From assembly GCA_951406725.2 (NCBI GenBank), contig OX597832.1:65038001-65102000 (forward strand): DNA of 64,000 nucleotides. Direction: 5' to 3'. Below are positions 27,615 through 41,011 of the stretch, one piece after another. A program made the position numbers and the translations under genes. This DNA comes from Octopus vulgaris. Lineage: Eukaryota. The notes under the pieces are model-generated. The model saw only the letters and a program-made list of their open reading frames with translations. It searched no databases and was not told where the DNA came from. Within the stretch, counting starts at the first letter, position 1. Every line of letters starts with the position of its first letter.

Positions 27615-27650
27615 CTTTCTGTCGAAGAGCGTAGGCTCGAAACGTAAGAG
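27615..27650 (+). ncRNA. Minimal hammerhead-like motif with core variant CUGUCGA
   Basis: cttt-CTGTCGA-a-gagc-gtag-gctc-GAAA-C-GTA-agag. Confidence 0.5.
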
Positions 27651-27755
27651 ACTTTCTCACTTCCCGAGCATTAAACTAATACATCTCTTTGTTGTTTACA
27701 CACTCGTCTTCGTCTTCTGTTTTTGTTTTTTAAATTCTCACTATATATATATCTA

Positions 27756-28113
27756 CTAGCAGTATCGCCCGGCGTTGCTCGGGTTTGTTTCGACCCGGTG
27801 GAATTGTAATTTTGAAAAGTAAAAATTTTGTGAACATTTTTCTGGTCGAAATATACCGAAAAGTGGCGACACAGCAGTGAAAAAATCGTAAAAAATCGGG
27901 ATTTTCATAGAAAAAAGCAGCTTTTTGATGTAAATAATTTTTGGTGTTAACATGGTCCGATTTGAATTTTATGTTCTACGGAAGGAAGAGCAACCCTTCT
28001 TCTATCATACTCTCAATTTTGGTCAACTTGCGCCGCAGGGTCTCGGAGGAGATAGTGTTAGTTGAAGGTTACCAAACGTGGCGCACGCAGACAACTTCAG
28101 CTTTATATAGAGA
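27756..28113 (-). mobile_element. Non-autonomous Helitron
   Basis: Minus strand reads A|TC...CTAG|T, with the subterminal hairpin cccg-agcaacgc-cggg near the CTAG end. Confidence 0.85.
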
Positions 28114-28329
28114 TAACACACACACATTAATACACATACATAGACACACACACACATGTATGTATGGATGTATATATGTACATCTGTCCACTTCTTGCAA
28201 TATTTTTATCCTTCACTTCCTACACACACACACACACCTTATTAGCTTACAATTTCTTTCTGTCAACAATTGACAACAGAAGTACGCTCGCCAATTAATA
28301 CTACCAAAATTTAACGACAGAAAGTAAAT

Positions 28330-29461
28330 TAAAAACCAATTTACCTTTTCTGTATTGTTATGGCAATCCGACCGACGGTGTGTTTTTGCAAATGTGTTCG
28401 AATGAGAAGTGAGTTGTGTTTGGCGCTTTTTTTACTAATATCAAACACACACGTGTGTGTGTGTTTGAGTGTTTGTATGTAGTTGTTTGAAACGTTTGTG
28501 TTTGTCACTGTCATATATGTATGTGTATGCGTGTGTGTGAGGAATGGCAAACCAGATAGATAGCGCGCGAAGTTCTTTTGAAGTTCGCGCTCCGCTTGTG
28601 TGTGTGTGTGTGCGTGCTTTAGGTGTATGTAGGTATGTGTATCTCTGTCTTTCCCACATACACACACAGCACAACATTACTCTCTCTGTCTCTTTACACA
28701 CACTAACAAAAGCACTTCACTTACACACCCACTTTCTGTGTCGCACATCCCATCAAACACACACACACTCACGCACGCACACATGTACATCAATGCTTTC
28801 GGAGTGAAATGTTAAAATATTGAGTTTTCTCGAATTTTGTCTTAATTGGGGGTGAAATTGAAAGAAATTTTGTATGTCATGACCGAATGGATGTACTTTG
28901 AAAAATCATAGGTAAACTCTAATTGAAGAAATTGTGTGAGGAATAAATCGTTATGTATTTATTTGTTTCTGCTTGCTGTGTTTTTTTTTTGAGTAGTGGT
29001 TTAAGGTACACTTGCAAAGAGAAAGTGGGAGAAATTAGGGTGATAGCATGAGTGATCCGTTTTATATAAATACATTCACTTTAATGGTTGCACACTTGCA
29101 AAGAGAAAGGAGGAGAAATTAGGGTGATAGCGTGAGTGAAGCAGATCGCTCCGTTTTTGTGTGTGCGCGTGTGTGTGTGCTGTAGCCCACACTAAGAAAA
29201 GCACTTCACTTACACACCACAATGTGAGTTTTCTCTAAATTTTGCTTAATTGGGGTTGAAATTTGAAAAACCGGACCTGGCACGACCCGATGTATTCTAC
29301 TCTTAAAAATGCTAGGTAAATTGTAATTGAAGAAATCCTATATTGTAGATTTCTATAAGAGACAAAGGGAGGCAGATAAAATCTGCCTTTTATAATAAGA
29401 TTATAATAAGAGATTATAATAAGAGATTATAATAAGAGATAATAAGAAATTATAATAAGAT
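28330..29461 (-). mobile_element. Helitron-like element with a tandemly repeated 5' end
   Basis: Minus-strand start is TCTTATTATAA, repeated about six times at 29390-29461. There is a hairpin aggcagat-aaa-atctgcct and an internal direct repeat near 29010/29093. No clear CTAG end was found. Confidence 0.5.
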
Positions 29462-29477
29462 ATATATATATATATAT

Positions 29478-29680
29478 ACTCTTTACTCTTTTACTTGTTT
29501 CAGTCATTTTGACTGCGGCCATGCTGGAGCACCGCCCTTAGTCGAGCAACTCGACCCCAGGAATTATTCTTTGTAAGCCCAGTACTTATTCTATCGGTCT
29601 CTTTTGCCGAACCGCTAAGTGACGGGGACATAAACACACCAGCATCGGTTGTCAAGCAATGCTATGGGGACAAACACAGA
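29478..29680 (-). mobile_element. SINE family A, 3' module
   Basis: ctctttactcttttacttgtttcagtcattttgactgcggccatgctggagcaccgcc. Confidence 0.85.
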
Positions 29681-29683
29681 CAC

Positions 29684-29787
<104 letters not shown>

Positions 29788-30049
29788 TTATATATATGTA
29801 AACATATATATGTATATAGATATAAATATACATATCCAAAATTTTGGGAATGGAGAAAATCCAGGTAGCAGATGTTTCATATCTACCTGAACCTCGGATA
29901 TAATAATCATCAATAAACCACTATCGTTCATGAAATTTGCTGTATTTTTATACCTTCTACAAACTTCTCGAAGTTTACCAACTTCCAACACATCAATCCT
30001 TAAATCTTTACGTATAATATATAATACACGCACACACACATATAAAGTT

Positions 30050-30340
30050 AAGGTGCATGGGTTCTGGTTAGGGCATTGCACTAACCATCGCTAGACCATG
30101 GGTTCAGGACCGGGTGCCGCGTGGTGCTCTTGAGCAAATAGGTTCATTTCACATTGTTCTGGGCCACCCAGCTGTAATTCGCTTACCCTGCGACGGAATA
30201 ATTCACCCGCACCCCGCTCACAGTAATGTTGACGTGCTCGTTTACACAGTTGGGCAGCGGCATTCGAGAGCTAAAACAATGCATAGGCGATTGTGACCGG
30301 CCATGTATAACAATACCAGATAATCGGGTCTAAACCATGA
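30050..30340 (+). mobile_element. Decayed tRNA-derived SINE related to family B
   Basis: ggttagggc...gggttcagg...cttgagcaa...tttcacattgttc...cagctgta. Confidence 0.55.
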
Positions 30341-30979
30341 TGCCGTGAGATATATATGTGCGTGTGTGTGTGTGTTTATGGATCTACAGAAGCACACAAG
30401 CACACACAGTTATACACATACTCACACACATGCATACTGATATATATCTTTTATTGTTTTATTGTTTCAGTCATTACACTGCGGCCATCTTGCAGCACTG
30501 CATTCAAAGGACACTACTCGAACCGGTTTTTACACAGTCTCTGCGATCCAAATGCATTCACAAGGCATCGGCCGTTTTGGGTTTATGGAAGAGAAGTGTT
30601 TGACTTAGCAGCTAGCTGCCCCGTGGAATTGAACCCGTGAGTAAATCTTTGAAAACCGTAGTTCTGGACTGTAAATTACATTAAAATCGGAACGTGAAGG
30701 CAAGTATGGACAGAAAGCGGAGCGATGCTGTGCGACAGGACGGCCGGGTCTGTTTCTCTCTGATATTCATGTGATGACTCACTCGAAAGAAATCTTACTC
30801 GCCTCATGCAACGCAACACATCTTTCAACACCATTTCAAAGATGGAGAAGACCATTCTTCCATATCGATATGCGCGTAATATCGATCACTATTTTAAGAA
30901 GTATGGTTCCAATCACAGACATAATAGTAGTAACAATGCTGCTGCTGATAATGATAACAACAAAGCAAGAACAACAACA

Positions 30980-31008
30980 ACAATGATAATAGTAATGATA
31001 ATAATAGC

Positions 31009-31081
<73 letters not shown>

Positions 31082-31190
31082 TTAATAATAATAATAATAA
31101 TAATAATAATGATAATAATAATAATGATAATAGTAATAATGATGATAATAATAATAATAATGATAAAAGTAATAACAATAATAATGATAA
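30980..31190. repeat. (TAA)n/(TGA)n microsatellite
   Basis: Direct reading; this is the source of the poly-I/L/Y ORFs. Confidence 0.95.
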
Positions 31191-31357
31191 TCACAACACA
31201 ATAGTAAGCAAGAAAAAGCACGAGAACACGAACAACTACAACAACAGTAACAAGAGCAACATTTATGCACATACAGTAGAGTAGCAAGCAGAGTCTCACA
31301 ATAATAACCATTGTAATAATACCTAACAATACATCGGAATCGATAGCTTTATATATC

Positions 31358-31422
<65 letters not shown>

Positions 31423-31527
31423 GTATGTATGTATGTATGTATGTATGTATGTATGTATGTATGTATGTATCTATCTATCTATTTATCTATCTATCTATTT
31501 ATCTATCTATTTCTCTATCTATCTGTC

Positions 31528-31613
<86 letters not shown>

Positions 31614-31703
31614 TTGTCTGTCTGTCTGTCTAATATATATATATATACACATACATACATGTATTTGTATATGTGTGTGTGTAGATATATAGATGTATGT
31701 ATT

Positions 31704-31773
<70 letters not shown>

Positions 31774-32009
31774 CGTATGTGTGTGCGTGTGTGTGCGTAT
31801 AGATGTGCATTTATATATGTTTATATGCGAACGTATGCGCTTATGCATATATGTACGCATATATTTGTATACATTGATATACGTGTAAAAACATTTCTTA
31901 TATCTATGTATACATCCATCCATCTGTCTGTATATCTATCTACCCTTATACATAGGTACTTACACACACACACGCACATATATGCATACATACACACACA
32001 TCATATATG

Positions 32010-32060
<51 letters not shown>

Positions 32061-32216
32061 ATATATATATACCTATATTTCCAAGAGAGATCTTGGGAAT
32101 AATAAAAAAAAATGATGTAAAGAGAGAGAAGTCTGATACAAGAGGAAAGAGAGAGATGTAGAAATAAAGAGGGATGCGAAATATCTTTATAGGGTGACTA
32201 TATCAAATCATGTGTG

Positions 32217-32277
<61 letters not shown>

Positions 32278-33392
32278 TTATTTATTTATTTATACATACA
32301 CACTTACATGCGCGCACACAAACATATACAAGACATACATAAACGTACATATATATGCATATACGTCCTCATACACATACACTCACGCACACATATCGGG
32401 ACCACCAAAATTTTACAACCATTGATCATATTTTTATATGTTGCATAATTTCATAGCTGAGGGAGCGAATCGACGAACTAAACCTGTATTATTTAATTCT
32501 CTATAATGTCTTCTACAAAGCAACTTCTGCCGCTATGTTGAATTATCTTGTTTTTACATCAATGTGCATAATTTTCATCGTTCGTATAGACTACAAGGCG
32601 CCATATATTTCATACCAGAAATGAAAATATTATTATTAACACAAACAACGATTTCCCATTGAGCAAAATATAATATTCACAAGTTAATATCCAGTGCGAT
32701 ATTCTTTTCTCTCAATGACCTCCCTACATCTTGAAAGGTAGAGAAACAATCATACGCTGGCAACCAGAAATTGGAATTTATTTCCATCATACTTTGATCA
32801 CAGCCAACAGATTGTTGATATTCGACTGTTTCTCAGCTTTGATGTCATGATCGACTACTTCCCTGAGATTTGTACCAAAGAGATGAAATTTATATTTCTC
32901 AGAGAAATACGTCATAACTCGACGCGGAAATATGTTAAATAAGAAAGTAGAAATTTTGTACGTGTGCAGTCATATGAATACATTACTCCTGGGGAAATAT
33001 CAACTACAGACGGGGTAACTATCCTCCCTATCGCTCGTTCAATATTAATTCTTCTCTATAAAGAACGGAACTTTATAGTAGTCGTTCTCTCTCTCCTCTA
33101 AGCAACCCTAAACTAAATACTTGACAACCACCTTTTCTCTCATATCAGTACCTCTTTCATCCTTGGTTAGTGAAAAGAAGTTTGATTATTTTCACAGTGA
33201 TTCCTCGCTCCATTTTGTTGTGCGGTTTATCACCTGCCATGGAATAATTTAAATTTGGCGTATACCTTGTCTTTATTACTTCAATTCGTAAACGCGTTCT
33301 TCCATAGATTGCTTGGCTGTCTAAAAGGTTGCATTAAAGGTTACGAGAGAAATTCTGAATGATAATTTGCGAGAGAGAGAAAGAGAGAGAGG

Positions 33393-33458
<66 letters not shown>

Positions 33459-34099
33459 GTACACATATCCACACACACACACGTACACACACACACACAC
33501 ACACACACACATGAGTATTGCTGAAATAGAGTGTGAAAGGAAGATAAGAGGAAAAAAGCGAAAAACCCAAACACGAAAATGCAATAGGTTTGGAAAGAAA
33601 TTTATTCGGTTGATACTCGGAGAATTAGATAACAGGCATCAGATATCAGCCTTCTTTGGAATTTTTATATCAGTGGATGGAAAGAAATGAAAGACGACGC
33701 AAAAAAAAAAAAAAACAGAGAAGATTGCGCCAGACATCTTATCCCAATTGTGTTGCTTCTTTTATACTATCAACAAAATATTATAGTTTCTCCGGTCTGT
33801 TTAGCGACGCCACTGATGTTATTTGTCAGTAGATCTACCTGACAGAAGAACTCTTTTAGTAGGCCTGATGATTATAGACGGGAATATGATCTCAACTGCA
33901 TTCTAAGTTGTATAAAGCCTTAGCATCTCTACCTCCCCCTCTTTCTATCTTTCTCTCTGTCAACTTTGCTTTTTAGAAATGTATGAAACTGATTTGTGAT
34001 ACGGGAAACAGATATTGCATAATGTCAATTTTGATGAACATGATTTTATTTTAAGCTCTGGTCTGTAGTAAGGAATACGTGTCCAGACACACCCTGGAT

Positions 34100-35320
34100 A
34101 TCTTCTGTCCTATTTAGCTCAAACCTCGTAGACTTTCTACTGCTGCTAATTTGTTGGGAAGAAACTATTCGAAACCTCTTCGGATGTTAACAGTATAAGA
34201 AAAAGGCTATCGTCATTAAACTTAAAGTCACATTGAAAGGAAAGCATTTAAATTCGGTGACATCCTTTTTAAACAGGGCAAACTCAGAATTTATCGATAT
34301 GGGATCTGATAGAAATTTTCCTCAGCATTTCAGCTTTGGTGGAACGAATGAGTAAGACAAAAATCATTTTCCTGTAATATCATGATACTCTTGGCAATGA
34401 CGAAATGAATTTCCACATTAAAATGCATTCTTATACCGATGGTCGGAGTAACAGTGAATATCCACTTTTTTCTTTTAGCCACAGTGGAATCTTAAACCAC
34501 GATAGCATTAAAGACATCATTTCCAACCCATCGAGGCGTCCCTAGGGAAAATTACCTGTACGAGACGACGGGATGTGGATAGAGATCATAACCATCAACG
34601 GAACACCAATGAATGAATATTCCACACATATTACAAATTGGTGTAATGAATCTACAGGGAATCAAAATAGACTCGTAATTGACAAAATTTTCAATTCTAA
34701 ACTCCCTAAAGACAAACCTCGCTAGGAAAATGAGAAACTCGCCAAAAGTAAAGCATATTTATTATCTGATCTTTCACTGATATTTATCTAGTTACACATA
34801 AAATAAACGTGCATAAGATAAACAATAAAATGTTTACGAATATTCTAGGAAAAAATGCGGATCGAACATACTATTTGTATCGAAAACCCTTTTGGAACGA
34901 AGAAGCTAAACCTGTGTGGTAACATAGTAGATAAAGAATTAACAGTGAAAGGGTAATAAAGTTATATTCAATATTGAAACAGCTACCAGAGTCAAGAAAA
35001 CTAGATCCACCAAATCAATTGTCTATAGCTGTTCCCCATTTGACAGACAAATTTCTAGAAAGAATTGCAATATTAGCGTCAAAAATTATAAAGTATCGCA
35101 GAGCGTATACGATATTGAGATCTAAAGGGCGAAAATCTCCTTTAATCTCGTATAGAGGAGATATACAACGGTATATATGAAAGATTGGGGTACTGGTGAA
35201 AGATCAATCAATAAGAGAAAGATCGGGCAAGAGGTGAATGCCTGGAGCAAAGGTATTGATAAAACTGAGAACAGCGATATCGAAAATAGTTCTACGTGTA
35301 TCTTTTTATCATGTGCACCA
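34100..35320 (+). pseudogene. Possible decayed L1/Tx1 endonuclease-RT linker
   Basis: SKGRKSP, WSKGI and DIENSSTCIFLSC appear in the order expected for KSPG, GII and NWRPISLL. The region is stop-riddled. Confidence 0.3.
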
Positions 35321-35344
35321 CCACCACTACCATCACCACCATCA

Positions 35345-35460
35345 TGCATTGTTTATACCATTTATTATTTTGAATACTATCAGTGGAATTTTTGAAACAT
35401 GTGTCGAAAGTAAAAATATTTGATTAATACCTGCGTTAAACTCCATTTATTTATTCATAT
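35345..35460 (+). mobile_element. 5'-truncated copy of the HHR family at 39722 (3' half of the ribozyme only)
   Basis: Near-identical to 39746-39861 but lacks CTGAAGA. It ends in (TA)n. Confidence 0.85.
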
Positions 35461-35687
35461 ATATATATATATAGGAAGAAAAATAAAATGTAGATTGTGG
35501 AATTAATAAATGATTATAATCAACAAGACAATCGTTACCGCTTACAGCTGTTTCAACTAACATTCAGTGAAATAATTATTTAATTCATATGCCCTGAGCA
35601 ATATTAATTATTAGGTATTGAACCAGTATTTCCTTGGATGGCACCATCCCCTCCTGAGGCTAACACAACCTCTAATCGAGTTTTACA

Positions 35688-35719
<32 letters not shown>

Positions 35720-36542
35720 TTTATGCTTATCGGATTGTGTGACTTATTTAGCTTTTTACACAATGGATACACAGTGCAGTCGTCATAACGATAATAACGT
35801 ATGAGATTTCTACTATAAGCAGATCATGTAAACATCCGTTGAGACAATATATAAATACACAGCAAACGACATCTGCTATTGTCATCTTGCCCATTAGAGA
35901 AACGATACGGACAATAGCAAGCATTGATGGTAATAACGATAAATAAATAAATAGAGCAGATGTCAAAATTTGAAGAGATGAAGGATGAGAAAAGAGAAAC
36001 AAATGAAATTGAATCTAAAGGCAATAATAAGCCCAGAAGCCCTAACATACATCAAAAAGCAACGAGATAATAGATCCACTACTGGAGCACAAATGAGCAC
36101 AAATGAACAACTAGACAAAACAAAATAATTATTCCATATATCGGTTTGACATTAACGACTCTCATGCTTAAGAAGGAATGTAATTAAGGAAAGAGAGGAA
36201 ATAACGAAGAAGAAAGAGAGAAACACCGTATTTTACTTCAAATGATTGAAACTTGTATAAAACGATTGTCAAGAATCGCAGCGGATTCGTGTCAATAAAC
36301 CGGTTGGATATGTGCGTAGAAGACTTTTGGCATTTCAGAGTAGACAATATTACTAAGAAGATGAGGGAAAGTGAAGCATTATTAACAAATAAAGGAACGG
36401 TAAACGTGACAGTTTGTTGAATGTCGTTAAATAACGAAAGTGACACTTCCACTTGTAAGTATCTCTCTCTCTCTCGCACGCTTAACACACGCACAGCACA
36501 GAGTCAGGTGTGCGTGCATATAAATCCGTAAGCATACACACA

Positions 36543-36578
<36 letters not shown>

Positions 36579-36878
36579 TAATGCAAACACACACACACAT
36601 ATAATTATATGTACATGCATACATATATGTATCCAAAACACACACATATATATACTAACATGTATATATATACATACGTATATATACATACGTATGGATA
36701 TGCATGTGTACGTATATGAATATAAATGTATATACGCACACACACACATATACATACATGTATAATAATATTAGGCTAAATAATTATTAATTTAAAAACA
36801 AAAAACAATTATTTCCGGGTAGATTTCGGTATGGAAATATAACCATTATCGGTAGGAACTTTAAAAAAAGAGTTCTCA

Positions 36879-36937
<59 letters not shown>

Positions 36938-37280
36938 AGAGCAAGCAACAGGTTGCTTAGCCACATATCGAAAAATTAGAAATAGCAGTCAAAGACCGCT
37001 TATTTCTAAGCGCACACCTCTCTATATATACTACATTCATTCTACTTGAAATTCGCCCACAGCACAGCTGATGTCCGCCAACTTTTAACGGGTTACTCTA
37101 ATGTATTCTCTGTACTGTTCATGCGCTTTTGGCTAATTTTCCTGAAGAGTTGTTGCATGCCTGATGTCTCTATATATCAATTTACAATATATTATTATAC
37201 TTGTATATCACTGTATTTATATCTATCCAACGGCACACAGACATACATTTCATACATACATACGTACATATATATATATA

Positions 37281-38038
37281 TAAACTTAGATAAACTTAGA
37301 TATGTTTCGACCAAAGATTGGTCCAGGCCATGTCTAACTTAATAGCACCACCTGATAGGATTATTCGAATCCTGTTTAAGTCAAGTTTTGTTTAAGTCAA
37401 GTTTTGTTCAAGTAGTGAGTTCTTGTTGGGTGAGTTGTATCCAATTATGGGTGACTTATCTGGTATTCTTTGTAGGAATCTATCCAGACTCTGTTTAAAG
37501 TTGATGGGATCCTTTTCCTCTTTGATCTCCCTCGGGACAATGTTAAATAGGGCAGGGCCTGTTGAGGAAAAGAAATTATGTTGCAGTGTACATGTATGTT
37601 GTGATCTTGAATTGGGCAGGGGACGTATAGCCCGTGGTCCAAGTCTTGGATGAACCTTGAAGCTATTGTTTAGGTCGTTTGGGCAAAGTTGGCGGTATAT
37701 TTTCCACATCGTACAAATGATGTACCGCTCACGGCGACGCTGGAGGGAGTAAAGTTTCAAGGCTTTAAGGCGATCCCAATAATCGAGAGCAGCTATGCCT
37801 TCAATTTGTTTAGTGAGAGCCCTCTGGGGTGACTCAATTCTGGAGATGTTTTGTCTTGTGTGAGGAGACCACAGTGGGCAGCAGTATTCAAGGTATGGCC
37901 GTACAAAGGAGGAAAAAAGTGGTATGATGACACCTTGTTCTCTGGACCGGAAAGTACTTAAGATCCAGGAACTCATCCTACGAGCTATATCGACCTTCTT
38001 GTTGATGTGTGCACTCCAACTGAGATCGTCATCAACAA
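37281..38038 (-). mobile_element. CR1-group LINE, 5'-truncated, with open C-terminal frame and intact 3' end
   Basis: DDDLSWSAHI...RPYLEYCCPLWSPH...LYSLQRRRERY...LDRFLQRIPD, followed by a 3' tail (atctaagttt)x2. Closely similar to the element at 1-986. Confidence 0.92.
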
Positions 38039-38150
38039 TATATATATACATATATATATAGTTCGTATTTGCATTTGGTTTGCAAGGTTCTTTGTGTGAA
38101 TTCGTGTGTTGAAAGAAATACTATTGATTTTGGGGAGGGTCATTATGCAG

Positions 38151-38602
38151 GTAATAATAAACACACGCACTGGTTCGGTCCTTTATTGTTATTGTTCGAT
38201 ATTGTTCGTGTTGTTATTCCATTTTTGTTTGTCAAATAATTATTTCATCGCATTGCTGTAGTCTCTTCAGTGACACGTCTCTCTACTTCCATTTCATTTA
38301 AACTTATATTCCAGCGTTGGAATTTGTACGAGATCTGTCCGAGATAAGTATGTGACTTTGTGCATGTCAGTATGTGTGTGCGTTTATACGTATAAACACA
38401 CACACACACACACGTGCTCATCACGGTCACATCCCAGTTCTGGTACATAAGTTCAAATGAAATAGCATTAGAGAGACATGACACTGAAGATACTGCAACA
38501 ATGCGACGAAATGATTAGTTGACACAAAAATAGAAATAACAACACGAACACTACTGAACAAAAACAATAAAGTATCGAACCACTGTGTGTGTTTGTTATT
38601 AC
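38151..38602. repeat. Inverted repeat with about 125-bp arms (38151-38275 / 38479-38602), each arm carrying an HHR-like motif
   Basis: Minus arm reads tgtca-CTGAAGA-...-GAAA-T-aatt-ATT-tgaca. Plus arm reads tgaca-CTGAAGA-...-GAAA-tgattagt-tgaca. Confidence 0.8.
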
Positions 38603-38630
38603 CGACATAATGTCGCTCCAGAGATCAAAA

Positions 38631-38689
<59 letters not shown>

Positions 38690-38973
38690 CGTGATCACCG
38701 TGACCGACCAGGCTATCAGATGTTGCTACACATCGCTGGTCACAATGCGCTTCGCATTATTTTAGCCTTTAAAAGACACCACCCCGCTGGCTAAGCGAGC
38801 AGGCCAACAGAAGAAAGAGTGAGAGAAAATTGTGACGTAAGAGAGCAGCAGGGATCGCCATCACCCCCTACCAGAGCTACGGGGAGCTTTAGGTGTTTTC
38901 ACTCAATAAACACTCACAACGCCCGGTCTGGGAATCGAAACTGCGATCCTACAACCGCGAGTCCGCTGCCCTA

Positions 38974-38976
<3 letters not shown>
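38690..38976 (-). mobile_element. SINE family C copy with a different 3' tail
   Basis: The head (gttagggcagcggactcgcgg...tttcgattcccagaccggg) matches 19103. The tail diverges after ctctcactctttcttc. Confidence 0.85.
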
Positions 38977-39062
<86 letters not shown>

Positions 39063-39063
39063 C

Positions 39064-39111
<48 letters not shown>

Positions 39112-39167
39112 GCATATATATACATATATACGTACATATATACATATATACATACATATGTACACAC

Positions 39168-39236
<69 letters not shown>

Positions 39237-39721
39237 GAGAGTATTTTTACCTAGTCAACAATTAATACGGAAAAAATAAATAGTTAACAGGGTAGCAAAA
39301 ATCTCACAAATAAAGAGGTTGCAACTCCTTGTTTATAAACGTAGAAACTTCGTGTTTACGTGGAAGTTTTTGTATAATATATGAATAAATAAATTGAGTT
39401 TAAGGCAGTTTAATTTTGAGCTATTTTTCATTATTTTTCCTAAAAATCCCCTAGTAAACACGGTTATAGAGCGAGCATACAGATGTAAACATTGGCAAAA
39501 CCACACCTTTAGTACATATAAGTAGTCTCTATCATTATATATAATTTAAAATTCAATTTCCTTTATATTTAACATTCACTATTAATATCCCTACTCTTTC
39601 TGTAAGATACTTATGACGTTATATCATATAACGTTTTTTTAAACAATATTAGTAGCGTTCAGTTAATCGCTATACAAATTCATCATTTTTTGCTAAAATG
39701 TCTTATTGACGAGTTTCGTTT

Positions 39722-39817
39722 TTTTCACTTTCCTGAAGAGAAGATTGCATTGTTTATACCATTTATTCTTTTGAATAGTATCAGTGGAATTTTTGAAACA
39801 TGTGTCGAAAGTAAAAA
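39722..39817 (+). ncRNA. Type I hammerhead ribozyme, intact core, extended stem II
   Basis: Stem I is actttc/gaaagt (plus tttt/aaaa), the core is CTGAAGA at 39733-39739, stem II is gaagattgcattg/cagtggaattttt, and stem III reads GAAA-CA-tg-TGTC (site after 39806). Confidence 0.82.
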
Positions 39818-39854
39818 TATTTGATTTATTCCTGCGTTAAACTCCATTTATTTA

Positions 39855-39909
<55 letters not shown>

Positions 39910-40022
39910 ATATTTCGGAATGGTCATTTTGCCAGTTTAGCCAATAAAAACACACACACTATATGTTTGGTGTTATTTTGCTTCAGTGTTATTTTTTTTT
40001 ACATTAATCTTAATCTTATTTC

Positions 40023-40066
40023 GGCCAGAGTTCTTTCGTCACACTCCTGTGACCGCATCAGTGGTC
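40023..40066 (-). ncRNA. Hammerhead-like motif (core CUGAUGC) within a (TA)n-flanked repeat at 39905-40325
   Basis: gacca-CTGATGC-g-gtcaca-ggag-tgtgac-GAAA-G-aa-CTC-tggcc. Confidence 0.6.
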
Positions 40067-40769
40067 CTTTGTTTTCTTCTTTCTTATTTGTGTCTCTCCT
40101 TACTAACCGTCAGCCATTTTGTATTTCTATTGTATGTCTTCATTTGCGCATGCTTATATCTCTATGTGCGTCTATGTCTATTTAGTGTGTGTGTGTGAGG
40201 GGATGCCTGTAATATTTGTATCTCCTGTTTATATACGTTCATGTAATTTGTATTTTGTTTTTGTTGTTGTTGTTTTTGTATATTCTTATTTTGTTCATAT
40301 TTTGAATAAATCTCAACTAATGATATATATATATATATATATATATATAAAGATAGAAAGAGAAGACGTAATGTACCATGACCTCCAAAATGATTTCGTC
40401 TTCAATATGCAGTACTTTGTGGGCGTGGAACGATGCAATAACGCCAGAGACATAGCACAATGTATAGAATAATCCTCATTTGCTTAACGACTTGAAGCGT
40501 TACACTGCAAAATTGTATGATTCAAATATATTAAGCCTTCTTTCCTCATCTGGAGGACCTTTTCTTTTCTCTTCTTTTATTTTATCTGTTTGTCCTCAGT
40601 TTGATGAAGCTGCATGTACCAGATTGGATGTGCTATAGACTATGACGAATATTATTCTCAGAATTTTCCTTTGCAGCGCTGATGGACATTGGAAGCAGAA
40701 ACGGCTGCTAGAAATGAATGCAAATGGATGAATGAATTATCCTTTGTTTACTGTTAACATGGAAAATTT

Positions 40770-41011
40770 CAATAAACAGTTACCAGGGTAGCAAAATTCA
40801 TGCAAGTAACAAGGATGTAGCGACCTATTCAAAGGTAGAAACTCCGGGTTAATGTGCAGTAATTTGTGTAGTATAAGTAAATAAATGGATGAGAAGATTG
40901 TATTTTACGCCGTTTATTCCTTTGGAATAAAACCAATGTTGTCTTCGAAACATATGTTGAAAGTAAAAGAATTTGAATAGCATATGCGTTCAACTCCATT
41001 TATTTACTTAA

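Noticed and set aside
35540-35560. Minus-strand GAAACAGCTGTAAG (typical HHR stem III half)
   Set aside because: No CUGANGA partner was found, so it was not counted as a ribozyme.
36811-36860. Minus-strand ccgataa-tggt...acc-GAAA
   Set aside because: Two core substitutions and no clear NUH make it too degenerate.
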